A DNA stretch of 64,000 bases from Octopus sinensis (Eukaryota), in assembly GCF_006345805.1 (NCBI RefSeq), contig NC_042998.1, positions 17,050,001 through 17,114,000 on the forward strand, in the 5' to 3' direction. The notes below the pieces were generated by a model. That model had not been told where the DNA came from. It did not search any database and saw only the letters and a program-made list of their open reading frames with translations. Numbering within the stretch: position 1 is the stretch's first letter; each line of letters opens with the position of its first letter. Positions 53,521 to 64,000 of the stretch are shown one piece after another. Both the position numbers and the translations under genes were made by a program.

Positions 53521-54070
53521 TCTCAAAGAATTTGTGGCACAAATTTTGATGCAACTTCTTTCATTCGAAACTCCTCGCTCAAGAATCGTTGGCAAAAACT
53601 CCAAGACATACCAGTCATATCAACTAGTTCGCCAACTGCTCGACAGAGGTCCTCCAAGATCAGTTTATGTATTTTTGTGATGTTTTCATTCATTCGGGAG
53701 GCAGGCAGTCGCTCTGAACGAGGTTGGTCTTCAGGCGACAAGGGACTATTCCCAAAGCATGAAAAAAGCACTCCTAAACTTATGTTTTGCTCATGGCAGC
53801 ATCCTTGTAAGCTGTGTGAAGAATGACAACTGTTTCAACCGCCGTTTTCTCCAGCAGAAAACAGAATTTCACGGAATCAAGCTGTTCCTTTGTTCCAGCC
53901 ATCAAAAGAATCGACGAGTATAGGAGAAGCACTGCATACCAAAGACGCTCGACGTTGCCGCATGATCTCAGAGGTCCGTCTGGTCGGCAGACTGATGCCT
54001 GAGGGTCGCAACAAGTGGCTTCTAGCAGCGGAAACCTGAAATAAAACGGGCTTGTCCCACAGAGAACGTG
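53521..54070 (-). mobile_element. Mariner 5' fragment (transposase HTH region)
   Basis: VKFCFLLEKTAVET, EDQPRSERL, LILEDL..VGEL....GMS...CQRFLSEEFRMKEVASKFVP. Confidence 0.8.
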
Positions 54071-54226
54071 TGTATGTATGTTTCCGTATACTCAGATGTT
54101 CTTCTAGAAGATTACCTAGTCGCAGATTTATGATTTTGGGAGACAAACAAACGCTTCCATGTGTGTGTGTGTATGTGCGTGTGTGTGTGTGTGTATTTGT
54201 GTGTATTTGTAGAGTAATATATAAAT

Positions 54227-54294
54227 GCATGCAATCGTTTGGCTATGACAGAAATCTCCTCTAACAGACTGGACTATCAGAACGCATCAGTAAT
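54227..54294 (-). ncRNA. Degenerate hammerhead-like motif
   Basis: Minus: CTGATGC-gttctgatag[loop]ctgtcatagc-CAAA-C-gatt-G-CA; stem II pairs at 9 of 10 positions, core mutated. Confidence 0.4.
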
Positions 54295-54557
54295 CCAATA
54301 CACAGGAGCATAATGCATATTGGTATGCAGCTGATATCCAGGCGATCTGATCGATAATCATATTTTATGATGAGTATATAAATCATAACAAAGTTAGGTA
54401 GTAAGAGTGTATAGAATATATGAGCGTATAGCAATTATTTTTACATATCAGCACTAATATACATGCTACGCACTATAAAATACTATTATATATATATATA
54501 TATATTATATATATATATATTATATATATATATATATACAAATCAGTGTATATATAT

Positions 54558-54649
<92 letters not shown>

Positions 54650-54988
54650 CAAATCATTGTAGATAAAAAAAAATAGCTCATCAGATCACCAGAACCCCAT
54701 GGTCACAACGATGCTTCAACTGTAAGTATACTTCCAGAAATTTGTTTTTATACATACAAAGTATGGAAGTCCGAAACTGATTAAATAATATTATGTATTG
54801 TAATTAGAATTAAAATATATTGTTTTATGTCAATTAAGGTGCTGGATCTAAATTACGGGAACCAACATTTTTAACGTTAACAAAGACAAATAGAAAGAGG
54901 AGTGTACTTCAAGTAGTTGTAGTTACTAAATAAATATTATAAACGAATTCACTAGAGAACAGAGAACAGGAGTTATAAAGATTAAATC

Positions 54989-55350
54989 AACAATGCTAGA
55001 ACGGGGCGACACTGCATAGTGCCAAAATCCCAACAATGCCATCACGCTTCAGGACCAGGTACTGCAACAGCCTGGGTTTCAAGGTCCCACAGCTTTTTAA
55101 TATTCTCCCAAAGAGTCTGAGGAACTTGCACAAAGTAGATGTAGCAGGTTTTAAATCAAAGCTGGACTTCTTCCTGTCGAGAGTCACAGATGAACCTACC
55201 TCACGGCAAGAAGTGCAAATAAGGGTAGCTATATCAAACTCCATTTTTCACCAAGTGCCACATATTACAGGAGGCTCTTATTAATAACAGTGTAGTGCAA
55301 AACGGCGGTGCATCAGTATGGTCGCAGCTCTGAGCTGAAACTAAAAAGAA
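54989..55350 (+). mobile_element. CR1-group LINE 3' end with tail
   Basis: NSLGFKVPQLFNILPKSLRNL...FKSKLDFFLSRVTDEP; tail ggcggtgcatcagtatggtcgcagctctgagctgaaac. Confidence 0.88.
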
Positions 55351-55932
55351 AAAATAGAAAATTAATATTCCCAACCCGCTTATTTTCAAAAACTGTCAAT
55401 GAACTGCAGTAAAACTAGAACGATACTCACAACTACATAGAATAACTTACAGACACGCGAACACATAACTCCACATAACTTGCGTGTGTGTGGTTGTAGA
55501 GAGAGTGAGAGAGAGGTGGAAAGACTGATATATAGATCTGCATAAGAAAATACGTTTCCATGTACGTATGCATATATATACACCTTTTTTATCAACATTT
55601 ATCAATCAATCTGTCTATCTACGTATTTATCTACCTATACACACTCATAAACGTTTGTATATATATATATATGTGTGTGTATGTGTGTGTGTGCATGTGT
55701 ATGTGTGTGTGTAATATATAAGTATATGTATATATATTTTATACCATCTTCACAAAAAATAATTTCATTTTAATTTGCATCATATTTCTTTCTCATCTTT
55801 TTGACGCAAAGTTGAACATGTATATTCTAAATATAGTATCCTTTTCAATGTGCAAATAAAACACCTAATTGTTGCCAAATGTTATTATTTCTGTTTTGCA
55901 ATGAAGCTAAGATCTTCTAAATACTTTGTATG

Positions 55933-56006
<74 letters not shown>

Positions 56007-57121
56007 AAAATAAATATATATATATATAATTATATATAACATACACATATATATACATGTATAAATATAGGTATGTATATATGTATGTAGGCATGCAAGT
56101 GTGTAGATGTATATGTAGGCATAAGCAAGTTCTATGTATACTAGTTACTTCCAATCGATCTTCAGGTTGTATTGATTTCGAGTCTGTTTTATGCTGTCCT
56201 CAATAGATAATTTTTCATTCAATTTTTCATTCATTATCTTCATTTGATGTTTTCACTCCTTTAAGCAAACATCTAGTGTTTGTCAAGATGTATACAGAAA
56301 AGACTACGAAAATTGCATATATTTACATCTGCAGCCGTTTTGCATCAATATACTTAAAATTTATACGACATATTCAATGGATTCTATTTCTTAAACTTCT
56401 TCATTACATAGAATATTTTATTGTATATTGCTCAAAGACATGAATAAAAAAATAAAATATGTATATATACGAAGATTCTATCTACAATATAATAAACCCA
56501 ATGTTCTGTACTGTGTATTTATATGTTGATAACATCTTATGTAATATGTATGTTGCATAATAACAGAAATGTCTTTGCGAGATATATCTGTATAATAATT
56601 AAATGCAGTTTATTGAAAGAAATAAAATACGCCTTATAATATTTTTCCTTTGGTAGTGTAAACATGTATTGACGCACGTACACATCAAGAAATCTCATAA
56701 AGAAGAAACTACATAGAAATAATTCCCTCAATGCAATCATATTTATACATTTATATATGCAAATAGCAAACATACAAAGACACGAATGAAATACATATAT
56801 ACACACACACATGCACATACATATATATATACACACATATACATCTACACATATATGTACACATATGTATATATACCTTTATATATATGTATATATATAA
56901 GCACACACATTTGTATATATATACGCATACACATATTTCTACCTATATGTGTGTTGTGTACGTGTGTGTATTGTGTGTGAATTCAGCCTTTGCATACAAA
57001 ATGCAGAAAAGTAGACTGATATATTTTACATTTAGTATTCTGCGCTTGCATCAATATTCATGTGTGAATATATATACATATATATGTATATATATATATA
57101 TATAATATATATATATATATC

Positions 57122-57173
<52 letters not shown>

Positions 57174-57224
57174 TATATATATATATATATATATACGTAC
57201 ATAAATATACGCACACACAGATAC

Positions 57225-57256
<32 letters not shown>

Positions 57257-58559
57257 TATTATATATATATATATATATATACATATATATTCTTGCAAAT
57301 GGTAATCTAAACCCAATCTTTTACAGAAATGTTTAGAACACAGGGTCTCATAAATTACCGACAACATTTCTGAATTGTACAAGCTCTCAATTGGAAATTA
57401 TAGATCTAAAGGAACTGCATAAGGCTGCTCCAAACATCACGCAACACTCTTTATCCTTTTAATATATACCCAAGACAATCAGCGACTTCTTTTTGAACCA
57501 CGTTTTAAGCAAACTACTTATGTCTAAATGACACGGAATTAATAAATCATATGTAAAATACATTCTGGTATTTTGATATTGTACTCTTATGCTCATATTT
57601 CCATTAAAGTAGATATGTGTCATTTACCCGCATTGGTAACATTCACTATGATTTTGGCCTATAACTTTGAGAGAGTGAAATAGAAAAATAAAAGAAACAT
57701 CATTATTCGATATCCCACACCTTACGGATACAACGATTAGGGAAGAACTCTCATACTGGATGTCTGTCCAAGCTCATTTCGGAATTCGGTTAGTATTATC
57801 GCTGTTACAGAAACTCAGATGATTTATAAATATTAACAGTCTTCTCTTCTTAGGCAACAGATCACCTCTCAACGTTTTATGAGATTAAAATAGTTACTGA
57901 TACAGAAAGATATAATTACACATATATATATATATATTTGTGATTCGCCATGCACACTTATGGATCACTGGCTCGAAATTTTCACCTATAATATTTGTTA
58001 AGATGTTTTATATATATATATATTTATTTTTCAAAATGAATATTTATCTATTTATCTATCTATCCACCATTGATCCTCTTATGTGTATGCGTGTTTGTGC
58101 AGTAATCAACCTTCGGTATCTTTACTAGCTATCATCATTATTAATACGACCACTAGCGTTCATTATCAATAATACAATCAGATTCAATACCAAAATTATA
58201 CAGCCACCGGCATTACAAAACCAGAAACTTCTTAATGATCTACAACAGGCACTAATCTCTGGACAATAACAAAACTAAGAATAAAAAAAAACTTTGACGT
58301 AAGTTTATGATGTTCTGTGTTATATTTCAAATCTTGAATGCTGTGTGTTTGATTCAAAGTCAATGAAGATCGGCTTGAAACTATTAGTAAGAAAAATAGA
58401 GCAACTGCAACAACCAACAATGCAACGGTCACCACCAGCATGTAAACCAAGACACCACCATCAAAACTACCATCAAAACTACTATTTCTGAATAGCCGAA
58501 CGATTATTAAAATATTAATAAGAATGGGATAGCAATGCCCTTAGCTATATATGTTGCAT

Positions 58560-59097
58560 GTCAACACAACCATGTGTGACGGGGTTGTTGGAGAGTGTGA
58601 GTGCAGAGTTCCTACCGCTCGAATCAGAAGTATGCCGAATATCATTGTCACTTTACCGAACTGTACGGAGCGTGAAATGCCGATAACTGCCGAAGACATA
58701 CGGGGCACAATGACTAGCTGTGCGTAGGAGAATTCTACACGGCTGAATGGTCTGCTCTTCGAGCTTTATCTTCCTATAGCAAACATGTTCTGCGATCTCT
58801 TGGCTGATGTCTTCCAAAACGGGCAGCAGAAAAGGAGAATTCCCAGTTCTGTGACCCGAGCGAGGAGGATCAAACATTTCATTCTAAGTCCTTAACTGTG
58901 CTGAACAGAGATTACAGGATTTTGGCCGAGATATTAGCCAAGCAGTTGGCGCTTGTGAATAAACTGGTCAGTGACTCGCAGACATGTGCTTTCCCAAACA
59001 AATCTATCCACGAATATAAATTTCACGTTATATTACTCGTTACATCATAGAGAAGATAGATAAGGAACCTGGCATTGGTGGGACCCTGATCAATGAA
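58560..59097 (+). mobile_element. Tx1/L1-like RT N-terminal fragment
   Basis: LTVLNRDYRILAEILAKQL..V...SDSQTCAFPNKSIH, YIIEKIDKEPGIGGTLIN. Confidence 0.7.
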
Positions 59098-59109
59098 AGC
59101 CAGCATCAC

Positions 59110-60262
59110 TTTCGCCGCGTCATCATGTTGATGATGTCTTTAAATCTCTGACATCAGCTTTGTACTCTGATGTCATATATCTTCATTTCGAGAAAGAGTT
59201 CAACAGAGTCGACAATAATAACCCCCTGCTAAACTTGTCCTGTAGTGTAATCCATGGAAAACTGCTGTACTGGGTAAAGTGAACAAAACGCAAGTTGCGA
59301 TCGTTGAAATTCTCTCAAGCTCAGGGAAAATTAATAGTAGCGTCGCGTGAGGAAACTGTTTTTATTCCACTTCTCTATAAAGTCTACATAAATTATCAAA
59401 CGCAGCAAAAAAATGACTCAAAGCTCTACAAAATTGTTCATAGATAAGAAGATTGAACTCAACTCCAGTTTAACCTACATGCTGTTAGCTACTGGGCCTA
59501 AAAATCCAGTTAGTTGAACGAATATATGAACTTAGGCCCTTTGGAAAACCAATGCGCTCAAGCAACTATATTCTGTTCCATAAGGGGGACTACCGAGAGC
59601 ATCGAGTAATATCTCATTTGGAGAACTCTCATCAACTATAAAGTCGATATAGCTCGCAGGATGCGCTCTTTAGGTCTTAGAAATTTTGGGTCCTCTTCTC
59701 ATTTGTATGGTCACGCCTAGAAAACTGCTGCTCCCTGTAGTTATCTCCACACCAAACAAAATATTACGCGATGTCAGTTACCCAAAAGAGCAATCACTAA
59801 AGAATAAGAAGCATCAATGCATTTGATTATTGGCACGGCATTAAGGCATTGGACTCTCATTCGCTCCAGCACAGTCGACAGTGCTACGTCCTTTGCACAA
59901 TTTGGAGAAAATACCACCAGCATTGCCAAAATTTCTTCCACGAATCAGGCTCACAGCATATATTCACTTCAGCTCAATTTCTTTTTCGCAGCAGATCCTA
60001 TACTATTTAATATTATTCGAAAACAAATCAAAGAAGTAAAAGATCCCTTCAGCTTCAGACGAGGCCTGGATAAACTTCTTCAAGGGATACTAGAAAAATC
60101 ACGAATACTTGGATACATCTCAATCAACAACAACTCCCTCTTTGAATGGCCTACGATACCAGAATATAATTGGCTTAAAAAGTACTTAATATATCCTATC
60201 AGGTAAGTTACAGATGGCCTAAAGGAATCTATGGCCGAAACGTATCTAATTTATCTAAGTTA
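59110..60262 (+). mobile_element. Heavily degraded CR1-group LINE (RT to 3' end)
   Basis: DVIYLHFEKEFNRVD, GKLLYWV, PILFNIIRKQIK...FRRGLDKLL...NNNSLFEW; similar to 10585-11543. Confidence 0.75.
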
Positions 60263-61080
60263 ACTACTTAATAAATTTTGTCCTTAGTATTTTTGTTCTT
60301 TATTTATATCACTTGCTTTACTACATTTACTACTTAAAGTACTAATGCTACTAGTGCTGTTGCTACTACAACCAAAATGCAATTTTAGATCAAATGATTT
60401 ATTAGATTGTTAACAACCCTCAGGCAAGTTACAACGCACTATTAATTTTCTCGCTTGCAGATAGCGCTCACGTGGACTGGTTTGATGCTAAGTCTTACAA
60501 GCACGTATTTTGTTTTTCAAACGGAGCAATGTTGTTTACTAACGTGACGTTAGCATAATAATGTTTTGTACAACAACGTCTGTAGTTTTCAGAGCTATCT
60601 AGCTATATTTCACCAAAGATAGCAGGTAATACTTGCCGCTGCTTTGTAGTTTTAATTTGTTTGAGATTTAAAATATTTGACTACAATAAATATATTTTTT
60701 TAATTATTCTTAATTAATAGCATTTTATAATTAGTCAATATTAAAGGTAACGTAGAAGATATGTTTATTTATTTCAATATTTGTACGTTTAGTTTACATC
60801 AAGCTTCTGATGTTGTCCCCCCAAAATACCAAAATTATATAAGAAGCAAACAAGGAAACTAATTACGTTTACGTTCTAGGTAATTAATAAGATATCTCAA
60901 CATATTTCTAATAATTTCCTGTTTGCTTCGTTTTTGTTAAACACTGTATGCGTTTAGATCACATGCTGTTTCTCGACATTGTTTGTGATTGTGGAAGTTA
61001 TAAACTATGACGTGAAATTGGAACATCATGGAGATTAGTGCATGCAACCTACATGGAGACACACTCACATACACAGATCC

Positions 61081-61117
<37 letters not shown>

Positions 61118-62327
61118 TGTATGTTTATAGATACAAACGTGTGTATGCTTGTTTCTGTGTGTGTATGTGTATGTGTGTGTATGTGTCTGTGTGTGTATGT
61201 GACTGTGTGTCTGTGTTCTTTCAACAGGTATTTGATGTATTTTTCAGGATATCATGGTTAAATATTTTAGCACAATTAGTAACATTTATCAAAGCAGAGA
61301 AATGTAAATTTCGTTTATCATGGTGTAATGATAATATCTTATTTCCGGAAATAAATTACACTTGTAATTTTACTTCTTCCAGAATTGAAGGGGTTTGTGT
61401 ATCTGATAAAATCACAAAATTACAAAAACGATTAACTTGGACCATAATATTCTGACGTTTCGATTGAATTTTTCAGCTTAAATCCAAATTGTTCAAACAC
61501 TACTATAATTTGAAGAACGTGTCTGTTATAGAAACTATATTTATGAAAACATTTCGTGACGCTACTAATTTTGCATTGCACTCTGATAACTGCAGGAATG
61601 CCTCATCAGTCTAGGAGATATTTCCTCTGAGAAAATATTTTCGAAATCTCGTTAAATTTAACATTGAATTATAAATTTATACATCTATCTCAATAAAATT
61701 TTGATATATTTCTCTTAGTAATCAATAAATATAAAATTTCCCAGAAAGAAAAAGAGTCAATGAAATAAATATATAAATAATTTTCATTTATACGTATTGC
61801 GTTTTGTTCATTTTCTCTGAAATATATCAACATCAAACACAAAAGACTAGTTTTTGTAATAAATTTCAAATTTAATCGTATTGAAAACTTATTTCCGTAG
61901 AATGGAAAAATATATTTCCACAAACTTGATAAATCTTCGGACTATAAAGATCGGAATATTTATGTTGAGACTATGTACGTATGATTAAACGTACATATGT
62001 AAACATATATATTTATGTTCAGTGCCTTGGGGTGTGCGTGTGTGAAGGGGTAAGATATGTTTCTATTTGTGTATGAAGTATGTTTGGAGATGTTTATATA
62101 CTTCATCAAGTTTTGCTTGCACACGAGCAGTTTCCACATGACTGAACGACATTGGCAATGTTTTATGCTATTGTAATTACCTCTATCATCACGGCCGTCG
62201 TGTTTCAATATATTTGCAGCTCTATGGAGGGTAGAATATTTTAATATGCTCATTTTTTATCGCATACACGCGAGAAAATTTGCAACGTATGCATGTATGT
62301 GTATGTATATGCATATATATATATTTA

Positions 62328-62525
62328 TATTTATATTATATAGAGGGCATTATTACACATAAATGCTCCAGGCTAGGAGAGACTCTTAAAGTCAAAACTT
62401 TGCGTGTGGCATTTATGTGTAATAATGCACTCTATATAATATAAATAAATATATTTAAATGAAAAAAATTGCTGGAATTTTTCTTTATGAGGTTTTTCAC
62501 GGTAACTACTTGATAAATTCTTATG
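62328..62525. mobile_element. Fold-back relative of the 475-bp HHR repeat terminus
   Basis: tatatagagggcattattacacataaatgc inverted against gcatttatgtgtaataatgcactctatata; then tttttctttatgaggtttttcacgg..ctacttgataaattctt, like 6850-6895. Confidence 0.7.
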
Positions 62526-62574
62526 GATATTTTACACTATTTTAAAATATATCTATGTATAAAGAACGTTTAAA

Positions 62575-62962
62575 TATTTGTTGTGCAAGATTTTTTATGT
62601 GACGTCGTGTGTTGAAACAGATATTGTTATTTTCGGAATGGTCATATTGCCAGTTTTAGCCAATAAAACCACGCACAATATATTTGGTGTTATTTTGCCT
62701 CAGTGATATTTATTTTTACATTAATCTAATCTTATTTCGGCCAGAGTTCTTTCGTCACACTCCTGTGACCGCATCAGTGGTCCTTTGTTTTCTTCTTTCG
62801 TATTTGATGCGGTCACAGGAGTGTGACGAAAGAACTCTGGCCGAAATAAGATTAAGATTAATGTAAAAATAATATCACTGAAGCAAAATAACACCAAATA
62901 TATAGTGCGTGTGTTTTTATTGGCTAAACTGGCAATATGACCATTCCGAAATATACAATATA
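62575..62962. mobile_element. Young fold-back PLE-derived element with a hammerhead in each arm
   Basis: 62621-62776 and 62805-62961 are near-perfect inverted repeats; same family as 7540-8035. Confidence 0.85.
62739..62783 (-). ncRNA. Minimal hammerhead (A9>C core variant)
   Basis: Minus: ggacca-CTGATGC-g-gtcaca-ggag-tgtgac-GAAA-G-aa-C-TC-tggcc; truncated plus-strand twin at 62805-62842. Confidence 0.65.
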
Positions 62963-62967
62963 TGTAT

Positions 62968-62989
62968 AAAGAAGCCGTCGTATATATGT

Positions 62990-63036
<47 letters not shown>

Positions 63037-63305
63037 CATATATATATATATATATATATTATATATGTATATATATATATATGTATTATGTGTGTGTGTA
63101 TGTTTGCGTGTCTGTGTTTGTTTGTCCGCCTAGCATTGTGTGTTTACGTCGCCGTCACTTAGCGCTTCGGCAAAAGAGAGCGATAAAATAAGTACTGGCT
63201 TACAAAGAATAAGTCCTGGGGTCGATTTGCTCGACTAAAGGTTGTGCCCCAGCATGGCCGCAGTCAAATGACTGAAACAAGTAAAAGAGTAAAGAGAGTA
63301 AAGAG

Positions 63306-63306
<1 letters not shown>
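62968..63306 (+). mobile_element. SINE family A 3' part
   Basis: aaagaagccgtcg..(TA)n..ccagcatggccgcagtcaaatgactgaaacaagtaaaagagt. Confidence 0.9.
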
Positions 63307-63337
<31 letters not shown>

Positions 63338-63496
63338 ATACTATATATATAAATACACAGATATGTGCGTTTGATGAGTGTGTGTTTGTGTGTGTACGTG
63401 TGTAGAAATGAGTACACCTTCATATGAAAGAGCCAATCTTGTTTTGTCGCATTCTATATCTCGCTCAGTTTCCTTTTGATCTTACACTAAGTGCAA

Positions 63497-63600
63497 GCGT
63501 TTCGGTGGAATGCTCAGCGAATTGCACGTTAGGTTCACAAGCAGTCTGTTCCGCTGACCGGATCAACAGGAACACTCGTCGTCGTAATCTATGGAGTGTC
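63497..63600 (+). mobile_element. SINE family D 3' fragment
   Basis: ctgttccgctgaccggatcaac...ctcgtcgtcgtaa matches 51015-51068. Confidence 0.75.
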
Positions 63601-63877
63601 AGTTACATGCGTGTGCGTGCATGCATTTATGCTTTGTATGTTTGTGTTTATTTTCGTATTCAAATCGTCACGCCTGAGTTTTATACGTCTCTCTCTCTCT
63701 CTTTCTCTCTCCCTATCAGATTATCTATCTATCTGTAGACGACGCTATTTTAAGCGTAAATCTGTGACCCAAAGAAACAACGAGAGGTAAGGCGACTTAT
63801 CATGTGTTCATTTTCGAACTGTCTGTGGGTTTTTCTTTCCAGGGCTACACCTAAACTGTGAAATTTATTTATATATA

Positions 63878-63909
<32 letters not shown>

Positions 63910-64000
63910 CATATATAATATATATTATATATATATACATGTATATATATATAATATTTTTATACACCACACAACCCACATATCCCTATTGAAACGTTTT

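Noticed and set aside
54675-54686. Minus-strand CTGATGAG
   Set aside because: Runs into poly-T with no GAAA half

Overview
AT-rich, microsatellite-dense, non-coding animal DNA. Its SINE repertoire looks octopod (Octopus-like); this is inferred from repeat families, not from a search. No host protein-coding gene is recognisable, and the long ORFs are translations of (TA)n/(CA)n/(TATC)n tracts. Contents: (1) four tRNA-derived SINE families, several with target-site duplications (TSDs), one with three tandem 184-bp units inside a single TSD; (2) decayed non-LTR fragments (R4/Dong-like, CR1-like, HERO-like, Tx1/L1-like, RTE-like); (3) a 5'-truncated Gypsy pol with polypurine tract (PPT) and 3' LTR; (4) mariner and Helitron remnants. 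Main result: about 20 minimal type-I hammerhead ribozyme (HHR) motifs, intact or decayed, from about 10 different short repeat families. Most have a palindromic stem III like Penelope-like-element (PLE) hammerheads. They sit in fold-back or tandem arrangements, and most carrier elements end at (TA)n tracts. Seven lie within 5807-8169, including a ~475-bp tandem-plus-inverted repeat that could self-process into a 474-nt retrozyme-like RNA. All ribozyme calls are folded by eye and activity is untested.
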